The notes below the pieces were generated by a model that made no database searches, was not told the DNA's origin, and saw only the letters and a program-made list of their open reading frames with translations. 64,000 bases of DNA, taken from assembly GCA_964203045.1 (NCBI GenBank), contig CAXNKU010000010.1:4490-68489 (forward strand), written 5' to 3'. Every line of letters starts with the position of its first letter. Within the stretch, counting starts at the first letter, position 1. Origin of the DNA: Gaiellales bacterium (GTDB lineage Bacteria > Actinomycetota > Thermoleophilia > Gaiellales > F1-60-MAGs149). Shown piece by piece: positions 31,483 to 41,355 of this stretch. Both the position numbers and the translations under genes were made by a program.

Positions 31483-32286
31483 CTAAATCCCGAGTCCGTC
31501 CCAATAGGCTTTCGAGCGGCGTGCTTCGGTGATGCACTCCTCGAAGGGGGGCCAGTTGTAGTCCGTAAACTCGATCTCCATCGAGACGGGTCCCGCATAG
31601 CCGGCGTCATCGAGCGTGTGCAGGATGCGCGGAATGTCAATCTCGCCGTCACCAAGGGGCGGGAAATCCGCGACGCCCTTGCCGCCGCGCTTGTCCTTCA
31701 GGTGGAAGTGACCAAGGTAGGGGAGGGCCAGTACGAGGTCTTCCTCGGGGATGGCCTCCGTGTAGTAGACGACGTTGCCTGGGTCGTAGTTGATACCGAC
31801 CCACGGGTTGTCGATCTGGGCGAGGATCTCACGGCCAATTGCGGCGGTGGGCAGCAGGTTCGAATCTGTCTCAATGCAGAGCCGGATGCCCGCCTCCTCA
31901 GCCTCCTCGGCGATGGCACGCACGTTCGATATAAACGCGGCGATCTCCTCGGGCGTTTCGGCGTCACCCGTAAACGTGTTGAGCACGCTGATGCCGAGTT
32001 CTTTGCCAGCCCGCAGCACGTTCGTCAGGCGCTGGCGCCCAATCTCCAAATGGAGCGGTGCGTGCCCACTCATCGAGATGCAGTTGAGGCCGTACTGATC
32101 GAGCAGGCGCTGACAGTTTGCGATCTCAGCTGGGCCAAGATTGTCGGGGTCGAGGTGCTCAAGGAAGTCCTTGACGGCGCCAATCTCGACGTTCTTAAAG
32201 CCCGCTTCTGAGAGGCCTTGAAGCGCCTGTTCAAGCGTATAGGGCAAGAAGATGATCGACGAGCCGGTCTGAGTCCAAGCAGCCAT
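31483..32286 (-). CDS. Sugar phosphate isomerase/epimerase
   Basis: CIET, NYDPGN, FHLKDKRGG, SMEIEF; paralog of 20608-21402. Confidence 0.85.
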   Translation of the reverse strand: MAAWTQTGSSIIFLPYTLEQALQGLSEAGFKNVEIGAVKDFLEHLDPDNLGPAEIANCQRLLDQYGLNCISMSGHAPLHLEIGRQRLTNVLRAGKELGISVLNTFTGDAETPEEIAAFISNVRAIAEEAEEAGIRLCIETDSNLLPTAAIGREILAQIDNPWVGINYDPGNVVYYTEAIPEEDLVLALPYLGHFHLKDKRGGKGVADFPPLGDGEIDIPRILHTLDDAGYAGPVSMEIEFTDYNWPPFEECITEARRSKAYWDGLGI

Positions 32287-33617
32287 CACGAGCCTCCAGT
32301 GGTTGTTCCACACCAGTCAAGTACGGCAAGGGCAAGAGCCTTGGCCGAGAGGGTGAGTTCATCGACGAGCACAAATTCGTTCATGCCGTGGGCGATCCGC
32401 AATTCGCCCGGGCCGTAGACAACCGCTGGGATACCCTCGCGTTGGTAGAACGTCGCATCGCACGCTGCGCCAAAGTTGGAGGGGTAGTCGGGTGTCGGGT
32501 CGGGCTGTCGCGTGCCAGAAATCTCGGCGTGCGCGGCGACCATCGTTTGGGTAATCGGCGCCGACCATGGCTGCTCGTAGCCCTGCCAGGAAAGGTGCCA
32601 CGTCAACTCGGGTGGGTTTTCGCGCAGCCACGGATCGAGCTGGGCTGCATGGTGCACCTGGGCCGCGATCTGGGCCTTGATCAGCTCGGGATCGATCGTT
32701 GGGCTATGCCACGCGACGTACTCCACGCGGGCGCGATCCGCGAGCGAGGCGGGAAATGGCATCCCGGCATCGGCGTGGAGCACGTTGGGTCCAATCGTGA
32801 ACCACCCGTGGGAAAAATCGGGGTGACGCATGTCAACGCTCCACTCAGCCTCGAGTTGCTGGAGGGCTTGCACGAGTGGAATCACCTTCTCGACAGCGTT
32901 GACACCAATCGATGCGCCTGGTCCACCGGGGCGCGTTGCCAGTGGGCGATTACCGCAGTGGGTGGCCTTGCCGACGATGGAGAGGGTAAACACGAGTGCG
33001 CTCGGAGCCACCGAGTTGACGCTGAGCGGGTACGGGATTGAGGAAGGCTCCGTGACGATCGCGCCGTCGGTCCGGTTACCTGCGCGAATCACGGCGGAGG
33101 TTCCAAGATCGTGTTCCATCATCTCCTCACCGATTACGGAGTGGAGATGTAGATCGCCGGCGAGTTGGACACCACAGTCTTCGAGTGCCTGTGCGACCGT
33201 CCACATGGCTGCACCAGAGCCCTTCATGTCGGTCGAGCCAATGCCGTAGAGACGACCGTCGATGATCTGCGGGTCCCACGGATTGCCGGTGACCCAGCCT
33301 GCCGGCTCGACGGGGGAGACGGTATCGACGTGTCCGTTGAGTGCGAGCGAACGACCACCGCCTGTGCCTTTGCGAATGCCGACGAGGTTCGAGCGCTCGG
33401 CATCCTCCGCGACTCGACTGACTGTTAGCCCTGCCGCCCGGTACGACTCTTCGAGCAGATCGTTGACCTTTGTCTCGCCGCCAATCACCTCGTCGTGCAC
33501 GACGCCAGGAAGCGTGGGGTTGCGCGAGTCAATTCGCACCATCGCCTGTGTCAGCGCGATTGTCTCCGACGCCAATTCCTCAATTCGACGGACCACAGCA
33601 GCTTCGATGTCATTCAC
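32286..33617 (-). CDS. ArgE/DapE family M20 deacylase
   Basis: NGHVDTV, GSTDMK, GEE, YGPGELRIAH; paralog of 28626-29948. Confidence 0.9.
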   Translation of the reverse strand: MNDIEAAVVRRIEELASETIALTQAMVRIDSRNPTLPGVVHDEVIGGETKVNDLLEESYRAAGLTVSRVAEDAERSNLVGIRKGTGGGRSLALNGHVDTVSPVEPAGWVTGNPWDPQIIDGRLYGIGSTDMKGSGAAMWTVAQALEDCGVQLAGDLHLHSVIGEEMMEHDLGTSAVIRAGNRTDGAIVTEPSSIPYPLSVNSVAPSALVFTLSIVGKATHCGNRPLATRPGGPGASIGVNAVEKVIPLVQALQQLEAEWSVDMRHPDFSHGWFTIGPNVLHADAGMPFPASLADRARVEYVAWHSPTIDPELIKAQIAAQVHHAAQLDPWLRENPPELTWHLSWQGYEQPWSAPITQTMVAAHAEISGTRQPDPTPDYPSNFGAACDATFYQREGIPAVVYGPGELRIAHGMNEFVLVDELTLSAKALALAVLDWCGTTTGGS

Positions 33618-33701
33618 GTTTTGCCCCTTACGGTCGCTACGTGATGACTCTAAACCACGCCGATCACAGATGGAAGGGCGCGTTTCTGCGGTGTGTCCTG
33701 G

Positions 33702-34007
33702 CTATGCGGGCAGTATGCCTTCGAGGATCACGAAGTCGAATGCTGCGATGTCTTTGCGCAGCGCCACGGCCGTTTGGTAGGCCTCGGAGTGATAACACTC
33801 GAGCGCGGCGGCATAGCTTTCGAATTCGATCACGACGGTGGCGTCTCGCCCGGAGCCTTCGGCCTGTTCAAACTGCCCACCCATTGCCAGCACCTTCGGC
33901 TTGTAGTCAGCGAGAGCCGGGCCTGCTGCAGCCCTGTAGTTTTCAAACTCCACCGCGTCGAACACGGTGTTGTGGACGACCCAGTAACCCTTTGCGATAT
34001 CAGTCAT
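33702..34007 (-). CDS. DUF1330 domain protein
   Basis: KGYWV...VVIEFES...YHSEAYQ. Confidence 0.85.
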   Translation of the reverse strand: MTDIAKGYWVVHNTVFDAVEFENYRAAAGPALADYKPKVLAMGGQFEQAEGSGRDATVVIEFESYAAALECYHSEAYQTAVALRKDIAAFDFVILEGILPA

Positions 34008-34042
34008 GGCGCGAGTATAGACGCCTGTCTGATCGCGCGACC

Positions 34043-34145
34043 GCCGTCTTCAACTTTGCTTTGGGGTCAGGCCCCTATGCAAAGCTCGCGAACTTGCAGC
34101 GAACTTTGCATAGGGGCCTGACCCCAAAGCAAAGTTGAAGACGGC
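34043..34145. repeat. Family B REPIN-like doublet (47 bp arms, 1 mismatch, 9 nt loop)
   Basis: 34043-34089 is the reverse complement of 34099-34145 except at one base. Confidence 0.88.
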
Positions 34146-34156
34146 TGGGAAGCGGA

Positions 34157-34442
34157 CTAGATGCCGAGAATCTGGGCCTTCTTAGCCGAGAATTCGTCTT
34201 CGGTCAGGATGCCCTGATCACGCAGTTTGGCCAGCGCCTCGAGCTGAGCCGTCAAGTCGTCCGCTGGGGCTGCTGCGGGAGCGGCCTCTTGAACGGCTGC
34301 GGCCTGCTGTTCGCCGGCTGGCGGCATTCTGCGCCGCGTACTTCTGCTGCTGCTTATTCGAGACCGCGTTGGCGGTACCAACCACAACTGCGGTGCGCGC
34401 CATGGCGCCCACCAAGCCGGGTCCTCGTCGTCGTCCCATCAT
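34157..34442 (-). CDS. SHOCT domain protein (frameshift near 34315)
   Basis: GLVGAMARTAVVVGTA N-terminus and a C-terminal LEALAKLRDQGILTEDEFSAKKAQIL in a different frame. Confidence 0.75.
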
Positions 34443-34455
34443 GGTGCTGTTCCTC

Positions 34456-34884
34456 CTACGCGTTTTCGACCGCGGCAAAGGCAGCCGCGACGATGGATTC
34501 GGGGATGTACTCACGAGCTACGACGAAACCGCCGGAGTCTTCGATGGCGCTGGAAAGACGCTTGGCCCAGGTGTGCTCCCAGACGATGATCGCGGCGGAC
34601 GAACCGGGCGCAACCTCTTCGGCCAGCAGGTGAATGTCTTCAGCACTGAGCAGGTCGACGGGATCGTCGTGGAAGCCGGCGAACTCGGGCGCGTGGATGC
34701 TGGCATCCTCGATCTCGAACCAGGCCATGCTACCGTCCTCACCCTTGGTGACAAAGGCAAGATCGAGCACGCGGATCGTGTCGTTGTCCATTAGTTCTCT
34801 GAGGGCCGGGGCGACCTGACCATTAAATTGACTTCCCGGAAACGAGAAGACGGCGATTTCTACGGGGCTCACAGGCACTCCCAA
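34456..34884 (-). CDS. DUF6325/DUF1269-like protein
   Basis: PVEIAVFSFPG...IRVLDL...IVWEHTWA; typical neighbour of SHOCT genes. Confidence 0.7.
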   Translation of the reverse strand: MGVPVSPVEIAVFSFPGSQFNGQVAPALRELMDNDTIRVLDLAFVTKGEDGSMAWFEIEDASIHAPEFAGFHDDPVDLLSAEDIHLLAEEVAPGSSAAIIVWEHTWAKRLSSAIEDSGGFVVAREYIPESIVAAAFAAVENA

Positions 34885-34961
34885 GTCGGCGTTACTTCGC
34901 GAAGCATAGCCATCGCGGAATGGTGTAACGGGAGTTGCTACCGGTCCGATACACGTGTGTC

Positions 34962-35594
34962 TTAGAGGTTGTTCGCGTAATCGTCCGACACGAACGCTTC
35001 GACAGCCGCCTCGTCAAGTTCGCTCAGAGCGATGTGGTCGCTCCAGACCTGAGCGGGGCGTGGCAGAGCGTCATTGCTCGACCACTGCTCCGGCTTCCAG
35101 AGACCCGAGCGCATAAATGCCTTTGCGCAGTGCTGAAACGCACACTCGACCGTAACGCCAATGCCGAGTTCGGCTGGCTTGCCACCCGTTTCGAGGCCTT
35201 CCAATAACGCGGCATCACGCGTCACACAGGCTCGGCCTCGAATCCGCAGCGTCTCGCTCCGACCGGGGATCACAAAGAGGATTGCAACGTCGCCGCCACC
35301 AACGATGCGGTGGAGAATGTCGATCGTCTTGTTTCCCGCAGCATCGGGGATCACGAGACGGTTGCGGTCGAGCACGCGCACGAAACCAGCCGGGCCGCCG
35401 CGCGGCGAAACGTCGGTGCCATCAGCATCACTGGCGGCGATCACCAGAAACGGCGAGTGGGCGATCAGGGTCTGGCAGTGCTGATCAAGATGATCGATCG
35501 CCTTCTGTTGCACCGCATCGTTCGGCGGACCGTAGATAGCCTCGAGGTCGGCGATCGAGGTGATCAGGCTCGGAAACTCCGGTGGCGTTGGCAT
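34962..35594 (-). CDS. Pyridoxamine 5'-phosphate oxidase-like FMN-binding protein (MSMEG_1061-type)
   Basis: DVSPRGGPAGFV, PDAAGN, HCAKAFMRS. Confidence 0.85.
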   Translation of the reverse strand: MPTPPEFPSLITSIADLEAIYGPPNDAVQQKAIDHLDQHCQTLIAHSPFLVIAASDADGTDVSPRGGPAGFVRVLDRNRLVIPDAAGNKTIDILHRIVGGGDVAILFVIPGRSETLRIRGRACVTRDAALLEGLETGGKPAELGIGVTVECAFQHCAKAFMRSGLWKPEQWSSNDALPRPAQVWSDHIALSELDEAAVEAFVSDDYANNL

Positions 35595-35603
35595 GCGTCG
35601 ATA

Positions 35604-36911
35604 CTAGCGGTTTGGCGCGTGCAAATCAGGTTCGATTGGGCTCGCAGTCGAGCGCGCATCGCGACGATCGGCGGCGAGGCGGATACCGAGGCCGATCACG
35701 GCGCCAAGGATCGCAAACGGTGCGATCGCGCTACCCGAGCCACCAATCAGCAGCGCACCGAGGAGAGCCGACGTCGCCGGCAACTTGATCATCGCCGCGG
35801 TTGCCGCAGCAATGCCCGCTGCAGCGAGCGCACTGACGGAGACATCGGGCAGAAGCAACGCGCCGCCAACGGCAACAGCGACGCCGAGGAAGGTGGCAGG
35901 GAAGATCGGTCCACCACGAAAGCCACCGCCGAGCGCAACGGTGTACGCGATCGCTTTAAAGATCAGGATGGCGAGCACGGTAATGACCGATGTCTCGGTG
36001 ATCAGCCCGGCCATCCCGTACTCGCCGCTGAAGAGGATCTGGTCGATTTCGACGTCGAAGCCAAGCATCGCAGCGGTGAGCGCAGCGGCGGTCACGAGCG
36101 CACCGATGTACAGGGCAGATACGGGTCTGCGCTCGGCAACGCGGCCAAAGCGCAGCCCGCCCTCACGCGCGATCAACGTGACGATCCCCGCGAGGATTGC
36201 GACAGCTGCTGCACCAGCAAGATCGCCAACCGCGATGTCGTTGTACGCCGGCATGCCCGGCACGCCAAGGCTGTGCGTGCCCACGCCGGGAATGCCTCCG
36301 ATCCCGACTTGCACGAGATAGCTCGCACCGAGCGCAACGAGGACCGGCAAGATGAGAGCGCTAGGGGCCAGACCGAGTGCCGCAAACTCGAGGATCATGA
36401 AGGCGGTGATGAACGGGTTGCCAAAGACGGCGCCGATCGCCGCCGTGCCACCGAGGAAGGCGCCGGCCTGCTTAGCCTGAGCATTCTTAGAGCGACTCAG
36501 CAGGATCAGTCCGAGCGCCGAGCCGAGCACGATCAGCGGCGCCTCAGGACCGAGGGCAATACCAAAGATAAGCGACGCGATCGCAGCCAGCAAGATGCTC
36601 GGCACAATCTTCAGGGGGTTGTCGAAATGGAAGCCCGTCAGTGGCCCACTACCGGTGTGGCCTGGCAGTCGCTGAGCGATCGCGACGAGTGTCGCGCCGA
36701 CGAGTAGCAAAATCGCGGCCCACCACCACGGTGCCGATGCGTAGCCCATGGCATCCGGCAGCGACGAGAAGACCAGTGTCTGTAGTTCGTGCACGACCAA
36801 GAGAAACGCTGTAGCGCCGATTGCGGCGACGATGCCCACGACAACGGCAATCATCAACAGGAGCGACATGCTCTTGGGGGAGGGGGTCTCCATCGTGGCG
36901 GGGGCGGACAT
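35604..36911 (-). CDS. ClC family chloride channel/transporter
   Basis: LGPEAP, GFRGGPIFP; multi-TM. Confidence 0.8.
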   Translation of the reverse strand: MSAPATMETPSPKSMSLLLMIAVVVGIVAAIGATAFLLVVHELQTLVFSSLPDAMGYASAPWWWAAILLLVGATLVAIAQRLPGHTGSGPLTGFHFDNPLKIVPSILLAAIASLIFGIALGPEAPLIVLGSALGLILLSRSKNAQAKQAGAFLGGTAAIGAVFGNPFITAFMILEFAALGLAPSALILPVLVALGASYLVQVGIGGIPGVGTHSLGVPGMPAYNDIAVGDLAGAAAVAILAGIVTLIAREGGLRFGRVAERRPVSALYIGALVTAAALTAAMLGFDVEIDQILFSGEYGMAGLITETSVITVLAILIFKAIAYTVALGGGFRGGPIFPATFLGVAVAVGGALLLPDVSVSALAAAGIAAATAAMIKLPATSALLGALLIGGSGSAIAPFAILGAVIGLGIRLAADRRDARSTASPIEPDLHAPNR

Positions 36912-36961
36912 GGAGGAATCGTGCCATGCGGCGCGCGGCGCGGGCAGATACTGGATACGTT

Positions 36962-36997
36962 CGAATCCTGACTGCACAGTCAGGATTCGTCTATGCT
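36962..36997 (+). promoter_or_regulatory. 13 bp perfect inverted repeat (operator-like) abutting a leaderless -10
   Basis: CGAATCCTGACTG-CA-CAGTCAGGATTCG (36962-36989), then TATGCT (36992-36997) 6 nt before ATG 37004. Confidence 0.55.
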
Positions 36998-37003
36998 GCA
37001 GGA

Positions 37004-38107
37004 ATGAGTTCGCAACACGTCTCCCTCGCCGCCGAGTTGTATCGATCGCCAGCCGCCTTCGAGAGCGAGATCGACAGCGTCTTTCGTCGCAGCTGGGCCT
37101 GCGTCGGGCGCGCCGAACATGTCGCCGAGCCTGGCGCCTACTGGGCGACGGATGTCGCGGGCCAAAACATCGTCATCGTGCGCGACCACGACGGCACGTT
37201 GCGGGCGTTCCACAATGTCTGTCGCCACCGCGGTTCACTGCTCTGCAACGCCGGCACCGGCACACTGAAGCGCGCAATCAAGTGCCCCTATCACTCGTGG
37301 GCGTATGCGCTCAATGGCGAGCTGATCGGCACGCCAAACGTGCGACCCGACGAGATCGACCGATCAGCCTACGGCCTGCTCGACATGCCGGTCGCCGAGT
37401 GGCAGGGCACGCTCTTTGTAGATCTCGGTGGCAAGGCCGGTTCGTTCGACGACTACCTCGCGTCGCACGACGACGAGCCACTCACGATGGAGCGCTTCAA
37501 CCTCGGCGCGCTACGCATTGCGCGCACGACGACGCGCGAGGTCGCAGCCAACTGGAAGATCGTCGTCGAGAACTATCGCGAGTGTCTGCACTGCCCGACC
37601 GTGCACCCCGAGCTCGTCGACATGGTGCCCACGTATCGCTCGGGTCGCATTGTCGACGGCGCGCGCTCCGACTATGGCGTGAGCCTCAAGGAAGAAGCCA
37701 CGGCATTGACGTTGTCGGGCACGAGCCCCGTGCCGCACCTACCGGGGCTGACCGAAGAAGAGGGACGCTCCGTCTACGGGGCCTACCTATTCCCCAACTC
37801 GATGCTCGACGTCTTCGGTACGTATGCGAACGTCACAACCCTCTATCCGCGAGGCGCCGATCGCACCGTGGTCGTGACGGATTATCTGCTGGCGCCTGAC
37901 ACGATCGCTGACGCCTCGCTTGCAGAGGGCATCGACGGTCTCGTCGAGTTTATGGAGATCGTCATTGCGCAAGACGCCGACGTCGCCGAGCGTGCCCAGC
38001 AGGGCATCGTCTCTCGCGCCTTCGTGCAGGGTGTCTATCCCGAGAAGGACGATCCGTTGCATGAGTTCAACGAGCGCTACCGCGCGCTCGTTGCCGAATC
38101 TGAGTAG
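37004..38107 (+). CDS. Rieske ring-hydroxylating oxygenase alpha subunit (GbcA/CntA/choline monooxygenase-like)
   Basis: CRHRG...CPYHSW Rieske motif; NWK..ENYRECLHC..VH mononuclear Fe site. Confidence 0.88.
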   Translation: MSSQHVSLAAELYRSPAAFESEIDSVFRRSWACVGRAEHVAEPGAYWATDVAGQNIVIVRDHDGTLRAFHNVCRHRGSLLCNAGTGTLKRAIKCPYHSWAYALNGELIGTPNVRPDEIDRSAYGLLDMPVAEWQGTLFVDLGGKAGSFDDYLASHDDEPLTMERFNLGALRIARTTTREVAANWKIVVENYRECLHCPTVHPELVDMVPTYRSGRIVDGARSDYGVSLKEEATALTLSGTSPVPHLPGLTEEEGRSVYGAYLFPNSMLDVFGTYANVTTLYPRGADRTVVVTDYLLAPDTIADASLAEGIDGLVEFMEIVIAQDADVAERAQQGIVSRAFVQGVYPEKDDPLHEFNERYRALVAESE

Positions 38108-38115
38108 CTCGACCG

Positions 38116-38691
38116 CTACCGAATAAACTGGTCGACGAAGTCTTCGCCGAGACCATTGGCCTTGTAGGCCTTCTTGCAGTGTTCGATCAGGCCGACGTTG
38201 TCCTCGACATGCTCGACCTTGCCGTCGTCGTCGATGTAAAGGACGGGGCCGAGGATCGCGAAGAAGGTCTGCATCTCATCGCAGTCGTCGGCGACCGTCA
38301 GCGTGTGAACCTCGCCCGGCGGCTCGAACACGTAGCTGCCAGTCTCGGCGACCCACGTGTGCTCGAGGTAGCGCCAGCGGCCCTTCAAGACGAAGCCGTG
38401 GACGGGAGCGGGATGGCGGTGCCGCGAGAGTACGCCGCCCTTGCGGACACGCAGTACCTCGCCGTGACCGCCGGTGTTCATATCGAAAAAGAGTGGGCGA
38501 AACCAGACGTTGGGCTCGATCTCGACCCAGATACGCTCATCCGTTGGCTCGGGTACGACGATCTCGGGCTTCATGCCGAGATGCCCCATCACGGGCGGGT
38601 CGTAGTGGACGTGCTCAGACTTGGGTGGTACCCAACCGATCATGCGGTTGGTGTCGATCTCGATGTTGGCGAGATCTGGCATTTCAGGCAT
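38116..38691 (-). CDS. Cupin, 2,4'-dihydroxyacetophenone dioxygenase family
   Basis: RHRHPAPVHG, WRYLEHTW, FEPPGEVHTL. Confidence 0.85.
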   Translation of the reverse strand: MPEMPDLANIEIDTNRMIGWVPPKSEHVHYDPPVMGHLGMKPEIVVPEPTDERIWVEIEPNVWFRPLFFDMNTGGHGEVLRVRKGGVLSRHRHPAPVHGFVLKGRWRYLEHTWVAETGSYVFEPPGEVHTLTVADDCDEMQTFFAILGPVLYIDDDGKVEHVEDNVGLIEHCKKAYKANGLGEDFVDQFIR

Positions 38692-40093
38692 CTGTGGTCT
38701 CCTCGGTCTCGCTCTGCAGACGAGCAATCAACGCGTTCTTTTGTTCATTATCCAGCTTCGACAACTCGTTATTGAGAGCGGGCTCGTCGACGTGCTGATT
38801 CCACCAGTCAACTGCATCGGCACCGAACAATGCCCACTTGCCAACGAGGATGCGCGTCACCTCATTCGACGGAGCCATGATCCAGCCGGCCTTACCGTCG
38901 CGGAGGATGCGTTCGATCTCGAGCCCCTTGCCGTAGCCACGGCCGCCGCAGACCTGCAACATCTTGTCCGACGTCTCCCAAGCGGCCTTCGCCGCCAGCA
39001 CCTTTGCGGGCAACGACCATTGGGTCATGCTCGCTCGCGGACGCGCATCGGGGTCGGTCTCGTACATCTCCCACGAGCCGTTGTCGGTGCGGCGATCGAG
39101 TTCTTGTGCGAAGGAGTACGCATAGAGGCGCGAGGCGAGCACGTCGGTCAGGCACGAGCCAAACGTGTCTTGTACGGTGGCGTAATCGGCGATCGTGCGG
39201 CCGAATTGCGCGTGTGAGCGCTGAGTTGCGTGCTGCTTGCCGACATCGAGCGCTGCCATCGCCAGGCCGTTATAGGCACCCGCGTACTGGACGAACGCCA
39301 GGGGATCGATCGCCTCATCGTTGCTGGCCGCACCGTCACCAGGCCAACCGACGATCCGGTCAGCGGGAATCACGGCGTCGATCTCAACGGGCCCTGAATG
39401 GTTGGCGTGCATGCCGAGCGCGTCCCACTGATCCTTCTTCGCATCGACCTCATCGGGGTAGAGCAGAAAGACCGCGAGGTCCGAATAGTCGCCGGCAAAG
39501 TCGGGACTCGTCGTCTGCGTCAAGTACCACTGGGCGTAGCCGCACGAGGATGTCCACGCCGCCTTCTTACGGACGTGCCAGCCAGCCTCAACGCGCGTGG
39601 CACCCGAGGTCTTCGGATACCAGAAATGGCCGCCCGTCTCGGGGTCGGTGTACGAGGCCGTACCGACGAGACAATCCGAGTCGATGCGCGAGATCAGATC
39701 TTCGATGTGGGCATTCCCGGGCGCGCGAAAGACGAGGCCCGCCAACGCCACCATGTGCATCATGTAGATCACAGCCGTCGAGGGGCAGCCATAGCGGGCG
39801 AGCGTCTCCGTCAGCATCAAAATGCCAACGTGGTTCTCGCCGCGGCCACCATACTTCTTCGGCACGACCGCTCCGAGAATGCCGAGTCCGGCGAGCGCCT
39901 CGATGTTCGCCTGTGGGTAGGCGCCCGTTCGATCGCAAATGATGGCCTGCGGGCGAATCACGCGTTCGCAAACCTCGATCAGCTGGGCTTGGATGGCTCG
40001 TTGGTCGTCAGTCAGAAACCACTCGGGCTCCCACTCTCGATTGAGTCCGCTGTACGGACCCTCGCCCCACTGGTGTGCCAACGTCTCCGTCAT
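38684..40093 (-). CDS. Acyl-CoA dehydrogenase family flavoprotein
   Basis: VPKKYGGRG, YTDPETG, LQVCGGRGY, ERILRD. Confidence 0.85.
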   Translation of the reverse strand: MTETLAHQWGEGPYSGLNREWEPEWFLTDDQRAIQAQLIEVCERVIRPQAIICDRTGAYPQANIEALAGLGILGAVVPKKYGGRGENHVGILMLTETLARYGCPSTAVIYMMHMVALAGLVFRAPGNAHIEDLISRIDSDCLVGTASYTDPETGGHFWYPKTSGATRVEAGWHVRKKAAWTSSCGYAQWYLTQTTSPDFAGDYSDLAVFLLYPDEVDAKKDQWDALGMHANHSGPVEIDAVIPADRIVGWPGDGAASNDEAIDPLAFVQYAGAYNGLAMAALDVGKQHATQRSHAQFGRTIADYATVQDTFGSCLTDVLASRLYAYSFAQELDRRTDNGSWEMYETDPDARPRASMTQWSLPAKVLAAKAAWETSDKMLQVCGGRGYGKGLEIERILRDGKAGWIMAPSNEVTRILVGKWALFGADAVDWWNQHVDEPALNNELSKLDNEQKNALIARLQSETEETTDA

Positions 40094-40173
40094 ATGATCC
40101 TCCGCTACTGAGTCTGGGGGAGGCGGCGATCAACCGCTATCAAAAAGGTGCTGCGTTAGGTGGCGCCGTGCGG

Positions 40174-41055
40174 TTACAACGCGTCGCGATAGGCCGTCGG
40201 CGGAACGCCAACGTGACGCGTGAAGGTCGCCGTGAAGTGGCTCTGCGACGCAAAACCGACAGCGTGGGCAACCTCTCCGACTGGAAGCGTGCTCGCGGCT
40301 AGCAGCGTGCGGGCACGATCGATGCGGCGGATCGTCAAGTAGCGGTGAGGCGTAACGCCCGTGCTCTTGTGAAAGCCGCGGGCGAAGTGGGCGCGGCTGA
40401 CACCCGCAGCGGCCGCGAGGTCGTCGAGCGTGAGTGGTGCAGCGATGTCTTCGTCGATCAGCGCGCGCACATGTCGCAATTGTGCGGGTGAGAGCCCACC
40501 AGGCACCCGTCGCTCGCGCGGATTCATGGCGCAGTGCGTCCGCAGAAGGTGGAGAGCCACGGCGTGTCCCATCGACTCGGCGAACAAATCGCCAGCAGAC
40601 TGCGGTTCGCGCATCTCTTCGGCGAGCAGCCGTGTGGCCTGACGCAGAAACGGGTCCTCAAAGGCAAAACGTTCGATCAGCTCGGGGGAATCGAAGCCAG
40701 CTTCGGTCGCCACCTCGGCCAGAAACGCCGGGTCGATGTACAGGTGGAGCTCATCGGTCGGCCGATCCCAACGCCAGGTATTCTCGCGTCCCGCCGCGAT
40801 GATCAGCGAGTGGCCGGGACGAAAATCGGCCTCAACGCGCCCCTCATCCGTATCACGCTCGACATGCAAAGGGCCCCGCACGGTGAAAGAGATGTAGTGC
40901 ATGTCGAGACCTGGAAGCGTGAGCCGATCGGGTAGCTCGCTAAAGCTCCACATACCGACACCCACGCCGCGCCAACGCCGTGGGCGCGCCTGCAACAGGT
41001 CCTCGCCGCCGAGGTGGCCAACCCAGGTGGCGGGGGAGACGGGGGCGGCTGGCAT
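40174..41055 (-). CDS. AraC family transcriptional regulator
   Basis: C-terminal SRAHFARGF...GFASQSHFT double HTH. Confidence 0.9.
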   Translation of the reverse strand: MPAAPVSPATWVGHLGGEDLLQARPRRWRGVGVGMWSFSELPDRLTLPGLDMHYISFTVRGPLHVERDTDEGRVEADFRPGHSLIIAAGRENTWRWDRPTDELHLYIDPAFLAEVATEAGFDSPELIERFAFEDPFLRQATRLLAEEMREPQSAGDLFAESMGHAVALHLLRTHCAMNPRERRVPGGLSPAQLRHVRALIDEDIAAPLTLDDLAAAAGVSRAHFARGFHKSTGVTPHRYLTIRRIDRARTLLAASTLPVGEVAHAVGFASQSHFTATFTRHVGVPPTAYRDAL

Positions 41056-41124
41056 CCATAGATCCTAGTGCCATTCGGGCGACCCGTATCGGGAGCGCCT
41101 AACTGCGATCGTCCCCGTGGTGAG

Positions 41125-41355
41125 CTACGACGCGACGGGCTCGGGGCGCCGGATCGTTGCCGACGCCTCGATCACGAGTTCGTCGAAGCCCTCGCCGCCC
41201 GCGTCGATCATGTCGAAGAACTGGCGACGTTGGCGAGGAGCCCAAAACTTGTTGAGGTGCTCGGCGATGCCGGCCACACCCTCGTCGTGAGGCTTCGAGT
41301 GGAAGAACGTGGCAATCTGGTTTGCCTCGCGGAGCATCTTGGCCTCAGTCGCCAT
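41125..41355 (-). CDS. fdsD: Formate dehydrogenase delta subunit
   Basis: ANQIATFF...HLNKFWAPRQR. Confidence 0.88.
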   Translation of the reverse strand: MATEAKMLREANQIATFFHSKPHDEGVAGIAEHLNKFWAPRQRRQFFDMIDAGGEGFDELVIEASATIRRPEPVAS

